In this document: positions 10,176 to 18,400 of the stretch, piece by piece
How the letters are laid out: every line of letters begins with the position of its first letter
Position numbering within the stretch: the stretch's first letter is position 1
Assembly (NCBI GenBank): GCA_964408175.1
Contig: CAYOYL010000238.1
Coordinates: forward strand, 1-56,273
Direction: 5' to 3'
DNA: 56,273 nt
From: an uncultured bacterium
Lineage (GTDB): Bacteria > Ratteibacteria > UBA8468 > B48-G9 > JAFGKM01
Notes under the pieces: model-generated
What the model saw: the letters and a program-made list of their open reading frames with translations, nothing else
Told to the model about the DNA's origin: nothing
The model's database searches: none
Translations under genes and position numbers: made by a program

Positions 10176-11075
10176 TTAACCGTTTATGACAGAATGTCTT
10201 TTTTCAAGGTAGTTATACAAAAAGTAATCAAATGGATTATCTGTTGAGGTGCGTATATAATCCACGTTGTTTTCCGTGCAGTTTTTACGAAGGTTATCCA
10301 GAAATTCCTGCAGGTTTTTTTTATATGAATTTTTTATGTTAAGAGCATTAACAGTAAGTTTTTCCCCAGTCTCCATATCCATAAATTCACAGTCCCCGGT
10401 GAAGGGCAGATTAATCTCAAAAGGGTCAAGGATGTTAAAAACCACCACCTCATGGTGCTTATGCCTGAAATGCGAGATTCCTCTCATTGTCATAACAGGG
10501 TCATCAAAAAGGTCTGAAATTATAATGATAAGGCTTCTTTTCTTTATATTCTGTGCGATTTTATTAAGTACCGTACCTATAGATGTTTTTTTCTCCCCGG
10601 GTCCTATTTTTTCAAGGGTTTCTATAAGATAATGCAGGTGTTGCGTTGTAGACATTGGATTAATGAAAGTTTTTATGTCTGAGTCAAACGTTACCAGGCC
10701 TGCAGCATCTTTTTGTTTTATCATCAGGTAACTCAGTATTGCGGAGAGCAGTGTACCATATTCAACCTTTGTTACAGAACCGCTCTTGTAGTTCATTGAA
10801 TTACTTATGTCAAGAATTATGTAGCACCTGAGATTGGTTTCCTCTTTGAATACTTTTATATAGAACCTGTCGGTTCTCCCGAAAACTTTCCAGTCAAGAT
10901 ATCTCAAATCTTCACCAGGTGTGTATTCCCTGTGTTCAGAGAATTCAACGCTGAAACCTCTGTACGGACTTTTGTGTAAGCCGGCGATAAAACCTTCAAC
11001 AACAGTTTTTGCTACAAGGTAGAGATTTGAAAATTTGGTGAGGGTTTTTGGGTCAAGTAAAACTTTCCTTTCCAT
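10176..11075 (-). CDS. DUF58 family protein (MoxR partner, vWA-like)
   Basis: 299 aa. YRGFSVEFSEHREYTPGEDLRYLDWKVFGRTDRFYIKVFKEETN is the classic DUF58 signature. Directly abuts moxR (11075/11076). Confidence 0.9.
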   Translation of the reverse strand: MERKVLLDPKTLTKFSNLYLVAKTVVEGFIAGLHKSPYRGFSVEFSEHREYTPGEDLRYLDWKVFGRTDRFYIKVFKEETNLRCYIILDISNSMNYKSGSVTKVEYGTLLSAILSYLMIKQKDAAGLVTFDSDIKTFINPMSTTQHLHYLIETLEKIGPGEKKTSIGTVLNKIAQNIKKRSLIIIISDLFDDPVMTMRGISHFRHKHHEVVVFNILDPFEINLPFTGDCEFMDMETGEKLTVNALNIKNSYKKNLQEFLDNLRKNCTENNVDYIRTSTDNPFDYFLYNYLEKRHSVING

Positions 11076-12068
11076 TTAAGAGTTTTCTTTTATTGCTTCA
11101 AGCAGGTACCTTACGATTTTCCCCGAGTCCATTCCTTCAGCATCCGCATTGAAGTTTGTAAAGATTCTGTGTTTCAGAACACTTTCAGAGACTGCTTTTA
11201 CATCGGCGATGGAGACATTCACATCTCCTCTCATCGCCGCTCTCGCTTTTGCACTGAGAATAAGGTGTTGGGCCGCTCTCGGTCCGGCTCCCCAACTGAC
11301 GTATTCTTTTATAAATTTCTGGCTGTCCGTCTTTTCACCGGGTCTTGTACTCCTTACGAGATTTACCCCGTATCCTATGACGTAATCGGAGACCGGAACC
11401 GCTCTTACGATTGCCTGAAATTTTCTTATATCCTCCCCGCTGATGATTTTTTTTATATTCGGGTCGGATATGGAGGTTGTCAGTTCAACTATCTTTTTTT
11501 CTTCAACCCCATCAGGATAGTCTATGGTGATGCTGAGCATAAACCTGTCAAGTTGAGCCTCAGGTAGTGGATATGTCCCTTCCAGTTCAATCGGGTTCTG
11601 GGTAGCCAGCACAAAAAACGGATATGGAAGAGGATATATCTTCCCTCCGACCGTAACGTTAAATTCCTGCATTGCCTCAAGAAGTGCTGCCTGGGTTTTG
11701 GGAGGAGCGCGGTTAATTTCATCTGCGAGCACAAGGTTTGCAAATACCGGTCCCGGGATGAACCTTAATGCTCTGTCACGTGAAACCTTATCTTCCTGTA
11801 TAATCTCTGTACCTGTTATGTCTGAGGGCATCAGGTCCGGTGTAAACTGGATTCTTTTGAATTGCAGGTCAAGTATCTGCGAAAGAGTTTTTATCATCAG
11901 GGTCTTTGCCAGACCCGGAACACCTATGAGGAGGCAGTGGCCGCCGGCAAAAAGACCTATGAGAATCTCTTCAATGATTTTGTCCTGGCCCACAATCACC
12001 TTGTGAGTCTCATTGAATATCTCCTGCTTTACATTTTGTAATTCTTCAAGCGTTTTTAGTTCTTCCAT
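11076..12068 (-). CDS. moxR: MoxR-family AAA+ ATPase
   Basis: 330 aa. Walker A GVPGLAKT. Walker B / sensor LVLADEINRAPPKTQAALLEAMQE. FFVLATQNPIELEGTYPLPEAQLDRF is typical of the MoxR (AAA_3) family. Confidence 0.95.
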   Translation of the reverse strand: MEELKTLEELQNVKQEIFNETHKVIVGQDKIIEEILIGLFAGGHCLLIGVPGLAKTLMIKTLSQILDLQFKRIQFTPDLMPSDITGTEIIQEDKVSRDRALRFIPGPVFANLVLADEINRAPPKTQAALLEAMQEFNVTVGGKIYPLPYPFFVLATQNPIELEGTYPLPEAQLDRFMLSITIDYPDGVEEKKIVELTTSISDPNIKKIISGEDIRKFQAIVRAVPVSDYVIGYGVNLVRSTRPGEKTDSQKFIKEYVSWGAGPRAAQHLILSAKARAAMRGDVNVSIADVKAVSESVLKHRIFTNFNADAEGMDSGKIVRYLLEAIKENS

Positions 12069-13504
12069 CAGTTTGTCATCAGGTAGGTTATTACATTCAC
12101 GCCTAATTCAAAAGACTGTGCATTTTCTATACTCTTTACATATGGACGCGGTATCCCTTCCCATTGACTCCCGAAGTTATATGGGGAGAAGACCACTGCC
12201 GGCAGTCCATTCAACAGATATATATCAAAGGGGGGATTGTTGTTTGCGAATGTATATGAAAAACTTTCTATATCAAAAGGGACTTTATAAAGGGGATGGT
12301 TAATTTCCCACTTCACAACCTTCCCTTCAGGCAGTACCTCTTTCATTATTTCCTTGAAACTGTCTGCAAACTCTTTACTACCACAACAACTGTCCGCTAT
12401 GATTGCACCCCCTGAAAGTAAGAATCTTCGCAGTAGTTGTTTCTCCTCTTTACTCAGTTTCGGGTCAAAGTGTCCTGTAATATATAGGAGTGGAATATTT
12501 TCAAGCGTGTCTTTTTTCAGGTCAACATTAATTTTTTCAAGATAGACTGCAGCCTGAGTTTCTTCAGCAACCCGTTTGAGGATTTTACCGAGAGAGGATG
12601 GATGTGGGTCCCAGTCTCCTGAATGTATAAGTTGTCCTATGTAGAGTTTTCCGCTCTTTTTTTCAGTTTTTTCAGCATATACAGGTGAGAGTCCATACAA
12701 CCTTCCAAATTGCAGCCATCCAAGTGTGTAGGTCAGCATGTTCACACCAATTTTTATTGCATCCTCAGGTATGTAACGTTTTCCCCACTTGTGGGTGTGC
12801 ATTGCCCAGCCACAACCAAGGTCAACGGGAGAAAAAATAACTGCTGCTCTGCACCCAAGGTTTAAGATTTTTATGTCAGGTGTAGTTGTGGATTCTTTGC
12901 CTTCATCCAGTATTTTTACGGTGTCAAGAGTGTGGAAGCACCCTTTTATTGGATGGTTTCCGTAAGCAGTGTATAGGTTTCTATCAGGGTATAAATTACC
13001 CAGCATTTGTACAAAGTTTTTTGTGAATTCGGGACTTCCTGAGGATGCATTGGCCCATATGAAGCCTCCTCCCTCAAGATAACCTTTCAGTTTTTGTAAG
13101 ATTGTTTTATCAGGGTTGTACGGTTCAACGCTTGTTATATAAAGAACGGGGATTTCATCGGGGTCAAAGGAGAAACTTGAGAGGTTGACCTTCACTGCTC
13201 TGTAAGGAATTCCCAGTTGTGCAGTTGCCAGTTTTAGGAGATTTTCAACATCATTTTCTGCTCTTGTCCATTCAGGTTCAGAACCGCATACGACCTTACC
13301 TACAAGTACAGGGGGAGCGGGTGGATTTTTCTTTTCGCTCCTGCGTAGAGGTGTTACAGGTAAAGGTAAGGGAGGAAATCCTTCGCCGGCTTTTCTTCTC
13401 TGTATCTGTTTTGTAGGCGGTGCCTTCCCGCATTCCCAGCCGAAAACCGTTGACTGTACGGTAAAAGCCAGCAAAACCAGCCCGACAACAATGAGCCTTC
13501 TCAT
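12068..13504 (-). CDS. Secreted protein with two tandem DUF4159-like domains; first gene of the MoxR operon
   Basis: The ORF track gives 12068-13555. I prefer the ATG at 13504 (MRRLIVVGLVLLAFTV signal peptide), which has GGAGGG 5 nt upstream. Two repeats share the pattern IP(V/L)LYIT...L..(Y/F)L..GG(F/A)I..(A/D): IPVLYITSVE...LEGGGFIWANA and IPLLYITGHF...LLSGGAIIADS. Confidence 0.8.
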   Translation of the reverse strand: MRRLIVVGLVLLAFTVQSTVFGWECGKAPPTKQIQRRKAGEGFPPLPLPVTPLRRSEKKNPPAPPVLVGKVVCGSEPEWTRAENDVENLLKLATAQLGIPYRAVKVNLSSFSFDPDEIPVLYITSVEPYNPDKTILQKLKGYLEGGGFIWANASSGSPEFTKNFVQMLGNLYPDRNLYTAYGNHPIKGCFHTLDTVKILDEGKESTTTPDIKILNLGCRAAVIFSPVDLGCGWAMHTHKWGKRYIPEDAIKIGVNMLTYTLGWLQFGRLYGLSPVYAEKTEKKSGKLYIGQLIHSGDWDPHPSSLGKILKRVAEETQAAVYLEKINVDLKKDTLENIPLLYITGHFDPKLSKEEKQLLRRFLLSGGAIIADSCCGSKEFADSFKEIMKEVLPEGKVVKWEINHPLYKVPFDIESFSYTFANNNPPFDIYLLNGLPAVVFSPYNFGSQWEGIPRPYVKSIENAQSFELGVNVITYLMTN

Positions 13505-13533
13505 ATTACCCTCCGTCTTATTACATCTTTCAC

Positions 13534-13562
13534 ATTCTAAAATAAAAAGCAACAAAAGTCAA
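13534..13562 (-). promoter_or_regulatory. Sigma70-type promoter of the MoxR/Bat-like operon
   Basis: Minus strand reads TTGACT (13562-13557), a 17-nt spacer, then TAGAAT (13539-13534). It lies about 30 nt upstream of the 13504 start codon. Confidence 0.55.
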
Positions 13563-13570
13563 GGTAAGTT

Positions 13571-14937
13571 TTTTCCAATACAAGATGAGCCTGAAGGAGG
13601 TGACGGTTTCCAATACAGCTTGAGCCTGAAGAGATAATGAGTCATAATAACGGGCACTATGACTATAACAATGAAAGATACGGCTCTAAGCAGTATAAAA
13701 GAAGTGAAGAAGTTTCTGAAGTTTAGCGGGAAGGTTGAGTTTAACCACAGGTATAGGCAAGAGACCTATCTGTGGATGGAGCGGACCCTGGAGAAGTTCG
13801 GATGTTGTCAATTAAGCAATGAAGATAAAGGGATAATGAAGAACTACCTGATAAAGGTAACTGGGTATTCAAGGGCACAGATTACGAGGTTTATAGCCCA
13901 ATACAGGGAAACCGGCAGGATAAAAGAACGGATATATAAGAGAAACCGGTTTACCAAAAGGTACACTATAGAAGATATACGGTTGCTTGCAGAAACTGAC
14001 GAGTTGCACAATTTTCCCAATGGGGTGGCATTGAAGAAGATACTGATGAGGATGGCAGAGATGTATGGAGACAAACAATATGAAAACATCTCCAGTATTT
14101 CCATGCAGCATATTTACAATATGCGCAAGTCTGTAACTTACCTGCGGATAACAAAGAATTACAAAAAGACCAAGCCGGTTGTGGTTAATTATAGGGAAAG
14201 GCGGAGACCAGAAGCAAACGGGATTCCCGGCTATATACGAGTGGATACGGTACATCAGGGGGATAAGGATGGGCAAAAGGGGGTCTATCACATCAATACA
14301 GTGGATGAGGTTACCCAGTTTGAGTTTGTGGGGGCGGTTGAGCAAATCAGCGAACGTCATCTTATACCGTTGCTGGCAACCCTGATAGAAAGTTATCCTT
14401 TCAGAATCGTTGGGTTTCACGCTGACAATGGCAGCGAATTCATCAACAAAAGAGTGGTACACTTATTAAACAAACTTTTGATAACCCTCACTAAATCCAG
14501 GCCTCGCCACTGCAATGATAATGCCTTGGTAGAGACGAAAAATGGGTCAGTCTTGAGGAAATGGTTGGGTTATCAATTTATTGAACAGAAACACGCGGGA
14601 AAGATAAACAGGTTTTACTTCAGTTGTTTCAATGAGTACATCAATTATCACCGTCCCTGTGGTTTCGCCACAAAGATACAGGATAGCAAAGGCAAGGTAA
14701 AGAAGATATACCATCAGAATGATTTCCAAACCCCCTATGAGAAATTGAAAAGTATCCCTGATGGTTACAGATATCTCAAGACAGGGATTACTTTTGCGAC
14801 GCTTGATAAAATAGTATATAGTAAGACAGACAATGAGATGGCTACCGTTGTGCAAAAACAACGTAGCAGGTTATTTGAACAAATTTCGCCCCTTATTGAC
14901 TCAAAGTTGCTTCAGGCTCATTATTAGATTAGAAAAG
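13571..14937 (+). mobile_element. Insertion sequence (~1.37 kb) encoding a single rve/DDE transposase; family uncertain (ISNCY/ISDol1-like or IS481-like)
   Basis: Imperfect terminal inverted repeats. The left end is TTTTCCAATACAAGATGAGCCTGAAG (13571-13596). The reverse complement of the right end (14910-14937) is CTTTTCTAATCTAATAATGAGCCTGAAG. They share the 12-mer ATGAGCCTGAAG. A second direct copy of the left-end motif lies at 13608-13631. Exact ends and target-site duplication are not resolved. Confidence 0.7.
13659..14927 (+). CDS. DDE transposase with integrase-core (rve) catalytic domain
   Basis: 422 aa. N-terminal HTH-like region. Catalytic triad candidates are D in YIRVDTVHQGD, D in GFHADNGSEFIN and E in NALVETKNG, with 35 residues between the second D and the E (counted by hand; D-35-E integrase spacing). 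No frameshift or internal stop. Confidence 0.9.
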   Translation: MTITMKDTALSSIKEVKKFLKFSGKVEFNHRYRQETYLWMERTLEKFGCCQLSNEDKGIMKNYLIKVTGYSRAQITRFIAQYRETGRIKERIYKRNRFTKRYTIEDIRLLAETDELHNFPNGVALKKILMRMAEMYGDKQYENISSISMQHIYNMRKSVTYLRITKNYKKTKPVVVNYRERRRPEANGIPGYIRVDTVHQGDKDGQKGVYHINTVDEVTQFEFVGAVEQISERHLIPLLATLIESYPFRIVGFHADNGSEFINKRVVHLLNKLLITLTKSRPRHCNDNALVETKNGSVLRKWLGYQFIEQKHAGKINRFYFSCFNEYINYHRPCGFATKIQDSKGKVKKIYHQNDFQTPYEKLKSIPDGYRYLKTGITFATLDKIVYSKTDNEMATVVQKQRSRLFEQISPLIDSKLLQAHY

Positions 14938-15067
14938 ACTGTGTATTTTTCCCCCACCCATTTCATATAACATAACCAACAGGATTATTTTTCATTAGAT
15001 GCTGATTTATGGTATACTTCCAATTTGAGTAAAACCGTGACCAATAAGAAGGTCATTGACAAGAAAT

Positions 15068-15101
15068 CCCCCAGTTCCCCTTTGAAAAAGGGATAGGGGG
15101 G
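15068..15101 (+). promoter_or_regulatory. C-run/G-run nested hairpin immediately upstream of the ThuA-like gene RBS
   Basis: CCCCC-agtt-CCCCTTT-ga-AAAAGGG-ata-GGGGGG. The inner stem CCCTTT/AAAGGG has a 3-nt loop and the outer C5/G5-6 runs can extend it. It ends 18 nt before the ATG at 15119. Related to the element at 36550-36580. Confidence 0.5.
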
Positions 15102-15118
15102 TTGAAAGGAAAAAGAAA

Positions 15119-15853
15119 ATGTCTGCTATGCAAAACATTTCTGGGAAAAGGGTTCTTCTTTTCGGGGGCGGGGGAGTTCATGATTTCAAGGCAATCTGCC
15201 CTGTATTAAAAGAATATCTTGAGGCGATAAACGGGATAACTGTAGATTATGTGGTTGAGGATTATTCAGTGTTTCATGCCGAAAGAATTAAGGATTATGA
15301 CCTTGCTGTGGTGTATCATACGGGTGGGGAGTTAAAGCCTGAACCGGCCAGAGGACTGGTTGAGTGGGTATCTTCTGGCAAGGGGTTTGTGGGTATTCAT
15401 TCCGCTGCCGATTCTTTCAAAAACTCGCCTGAGTATATTTCAATGCTCGGTGGTGTATTTAAAGGACACCCTCCATACAGGGAATACATTGTTGGGCTTA
15501 CCGATATAAAACATCCGGTGACGGCAGATATAGAAGGGTATAAGGTTAAAGACTGGGAAAAATGGCCTGTACTTGAATTCAAGGTTAGTGATGAACAGTA
15601 TCTTTTAGACTATGACCCGCGCGTTCATATACTTGCCGTGGCAACCTACAGTGGTATATGGCCCTACGATTTATCGCATGGTGTGCAGTGGCCTGTAGCG
15701 TGGGTCAAAAGATGGGGAAAGGGGCGTGTCTTTTATCTGGCACTTGGCCACAATTATGATGCCTGCAAAAACCCATTTTTTAAGAAGATTTTTATAAACG
15801 GTTCATCATGGGCACTGACACAGGAGCCTGAGGAAGTAAAAGATTCAAAATAG
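15119..15853 (+). CDS. ThuA-like (trehalose-utilisation) domain protein
   Basis: 244 aa. KRVLLFGGGGVHDF near the N-terminus. The C-terminal WGKGRVFYLALGHNYD matches the conserved G.GRVFY..LGH motif of ThuA-domain proteins. Confidence 0.75.
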   Translation: MSAMQNISGKRVLLFGGGGVHDFKAICPVLKEYLEAINGITVDYVVEDYSVFHAERIKDYDLAVVYHTGGELKPEPARGLVEWVSSGKGFVGIHSAADSFKNSPEYISMLGGVFKGHPPYREYIVGLTDIKHPVTADIEGYKVKDWEKWPVLEFKVSDEQYLLDYDPRVHILAVATYSGIWPYDLSHGVQWPVAWVKRWGKGRVFYLALGHNYDACKNPFFKKIFINGSSWALTQEPEEVKDSK

Positions 15854-15862
15854 AAAGGGGAG

Positions 15863-17086
15863 ATGAAAATGGGAAAAGAGTTAAGTGGGAATATGATGGT
15901 TGCTCAAAGTGGAGGTCCCACAGTAGTGATTAACCAGAGCCTCGTTGGAGCGGTTACGGAAGCAAAAAAGCACAGTCAGATTAAAGGTATTTATGGGTCA
16001 CTTAATGGTATAAAAGGGGTGCTTGAAGAGAGATTTATAGACCTGAGGAGGGAAGAACCCTCAACACTTAAGAGGGTGGCTTTTACTCCCTGTGCTGCAC
16101 TCGGAAGCGTGAGAAAGAAACCTACTGAACAGGACTGTTCGGAGATTTTTAAAATGCTGCAGAGGTATGACGTGCGGTTTTTCTTTTACATCGGGGGGAA
16201 TGATTCCGCAGAGACAGCGAATATCCTTAATGAAAGTGCAAAAAAGGTTAACTACGAGTTCAGGTGTTTTCACATTCCCAAGACCATTGATAACGACCTT
16301 TTAGAAAACGACCATACACCAGGGTATGCAAGTGCGGCAAGGTTTTTAGCTATGGCGGTGATGGGGGATAACCTGGATAATGTATCACTGCCCGGAGTGA
16401 AAATTGACGTTGTGATGGGCAGGCACGCAGGATTTCTTGTTGCAGCCTCAGCACTGGCGAGGATAAACGAGGGAGATGGTCCGCATCTTATATATTTCCC
16501 TGAGGTACCTTTTAGAAAAGAAAAGTTTCTTAAAGATGTTGAGAGGATATATTCAAAACATGGTAGGTGTCTTATAACCGTATCTGAAGGGATTTCTGAT
16601 GAGAAGGGTGAGGCTATTGCCTCAAAGTTTACGAAGGAGGTTGATACTCACGGTAATGTCCAGTTGAGCGGTACAGGAGTGCTGGGGGATTTGCTTGCGG
16701 ATATGGTAAAAAAAGAACTGAATGTAGGCCGCGTCAGGGCAGATACCTTTGGGTACCTCCAGAGGTCATTCCCTTCCATCTACTCCGATGTGGATGCAAA
16801 AGAAGCATATGAGGTGGGGAAACTCGCTGTTAAATACGCTGTATCTGGAAGTCTGGATGGTTCAATTGCCATAAAAAGAAAACCGGGTAAAAAATACAGG
16901 GTTTATTTTCAACTGGTAACTCTTGATAAGGTAGCTAAGAATACGAGAAGTATGCCAGGAAAATTTATCAACAGAGAAGGCAATAATGTTACGAAGGATT
17001 TCTTAAATTACGCAAAGCCGATTGTTGGTAAACTACCTGATATTGGGCGGTTAAGGCAGTATCCTGTTAAAAAAACCAAAATTTAG
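15863..17086 (+). CDS. pfp: 6-phosphofructokinase, probably pyrophosphate-dependent (PPi-PFK)
   Basis: 407 aa. GGPTVVINQSL, YIGGNDSAETA, HIPKTIDNDL and MGRHAGFL are PFK-family motifs. Asp at the GGxDS position and Lys in PKTIDND are the residues associated with PPi rather than ATP use. An alternative start at 15869 has better SD spacing. Confidence 0.85.
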   Translation: MKMGKELSGNMMVAQSGGPTVVINQSLVGAVTEAKKHSQIKGIYGSLNGIKGVLEERFIDLRREEPSTLKRVAFTPCAALGSVRKKPTEQDCSEIFKMLQRYDVRFFFYIGGNDSAETANILNESAKKVNYEFRCFHIPKTIDNDLLENDHTPGYASAARFLAMAVMGDNLDNVSLPGVKIDVVMGRHAGFLVAASALARINEGDGPHLIYFPEVPFRKEKFLKDVERIYSKHGRCLITVSEGISDEKGEAIASKFTKEVDTHGNVQLSGTGVLGDLLADMVKKELNVGRVRADTFGYLQRSFPSIYSDVDAKEAYEVGKLAVKYAVSGSLDGSIAIKRKPGKKYRVYFQLVTLDKVAKNTRSMPGKFINREGNNVTKDFLNYAKPIVGKLPDIGRLRQYPVKKTKI

Positions 17087-17110
17087 ACATACGGGAAGAT
17101 AGGGGAAATC

Positions 17111-18400
17111 ATGAAAATAAAAAGGGTGAATTTGAATTTTGACGTAGAGCCGTTTAAGATGCCTCTTGGATTTAAAGGTGGATATCTGAGGGGGGCTTGG
17201 CAGGCAGTTGTTTGTGTTGAAACAGACTCTAACTACGGTATAGGTATAGGCACACAGAGTGTTTTATGGTCAGATGCGGGTGTTTTTTCTTCCCATAGTG
17301 AGGTCGGAGGCAATACTCTTATGCTGTCTGTGACTGAATATGCCGCCAATCTTCTTAAAGACAGGGAAATGGAAAATCCTATAAGCATCCAGGAAGAGAT
17401 TTTTGAAGAGGTGCATTCATACGCAAAGAAGATTACGGGCAGAGAAAATCTGAGAAAGACCTTTACACTCAATGCTCTTGTCTCTCTTGATAACGCTTTG
17501 TGGATACTTTATGCAAAGGAAAATGGAATAAAAGATTTCTATCAGATGATACCTGAAGAGTATCGTGGGCCTTTGAGATATAAACACCCACTTGTTGCGG
17601 ATATTCCTCTTATGTCTTACGCCGTACCTGTTGAAGATATTGGTAAGGCCATAAGGGAGGGTTTTTTTACACTAAAGATAAAGATTGGTTCTGACCCTGA
17701 TAAAGATGGTGACCCGGAAAAGATGGTAAACTGGGATATTGAAAGAATCAGAAGGATACATGAAATGTTTGGGAATATACCTACGGAATATACTTCAAAC
17801 GGCAAACTGCCTTACTATTTTGATGCAAACGGCAGGTATGACAGCAAAGAACGTTTGTTGCGGTTAATTGACTTTATAGATAGAATAGGAGCTCTTGAGA
17901 GGGTTATAGTAGTGGAAGAGCCGTTTCCCGAAGATATGGAGTTAGAGGTGGGTGATTTACCCGTCAGGATTGTTGCTGATGAGAGTGCTCATACGCAGGA
18001 AGATACATTGAAGAGAAGTCAGATGGGATATAGAGGGGTAGCCCTTAAACCTATAGCAAAAACTTTGAGTATGACGCTGAAGATATTAAAAGAAGCGGAG
18101 AAGAACGACATGGACTATTTTTGTGCGGACCTTACAGTTATTCCTCCATTGGTGGAATGGAACAAAAATCTTGCCTGTAGATTGAAAACCCTGCCGGAAC
18201 TGAAGATACCTGTTGTGGAGTCTAATGGACATCAACACTACAGAGACTGGGATAAACTGATTTCTCTGCATCCATTTCCTGATGCAGAATGGACAGTGCC
18301 TGTCGGCGGTATATTTAAACTAAACCATGATTTTTATGAAAAAAGTGGAGGTATTTTTGAAATATCCGAACACTATAAAAACATGGTAAAAACAGAATAA
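17111..18400 (+). CDS. Enolase-superfamily protein (mandelate racemase / muconate lactonizing enzyme-like)
   Basis: 429 aa. TLKIKIGSDPDKD, then candidate metal ligands in YFDANGRY, VVEEPFPED and IVADES, which is the D/E/D pattern of the superfamily. Substrate unknown. Confidence 0.75.
   Translation: MKIKRVNLNFDVEPFKMPLGFKGGYLRGAWQAVVCVETDSNYGIGIGTQSVLWSDAGVFSSHSEVGGNTLMLSVTEYAANLLKDREMENPISIQEEIFEEVHSYAKKITGRENLRKTFTLNALVSLDNALWILYAKENGIKDFYQMIPEEYRGPLRYKHPLVADIPLMSYAVPVEDIGKAIREGFFTLKIKIGSDPDKDGDPEKMVNWDIERIRRIHEMFGNIPTEYTSNGKLPYYFDANGRYDSKERLLRLIDFIDRIGALERVIVVEEPFPEDMELEVGDLPVRIVADESAHTQEDTLKRSQMGYRGVALKPIAKTLSMTLKILKEAEKNDMDYFCADLTVIPPLVEWNKNLACRLKTLPELKIPVVESNGHQHYRDWDKLISLHPFPDAEWTVPVGGIFKLNHDFYEKSGGIFEISEHYKNMVKTE

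Noticed and set aside
13869-14462. A 197-aa minus-strand ORF, and smaller ones at 13844-14104 and 13966-14154, inside the transposase gene.
   Set aside because: They are antisense to a clearly motif-bearing DDE transposase. There is no RBS and no recognisable motifs, so they are typical shadow ORFs.
13560-14945. A target-site duplication flanking the IS.
   Set aside because: The sequences immediately outside the inferred ends (…GGTAAGTT on the left, ACTGTGTA… on the right) share no direct repeat of 3 bp or more that I could align with confidence. The ends themselves are approximate.
15018-15029. TTCCAATTTGAG, to the right of the IS, resembles the IS left-end motif TTCCAATACA...TGAG. It could be a remnant of an older copy.
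   Set aside because: Only about 11 of 24 positions match, with an indel, and there is no adjacent GCCTGAAG core. This is compatible with chance in AT-rich DNA.
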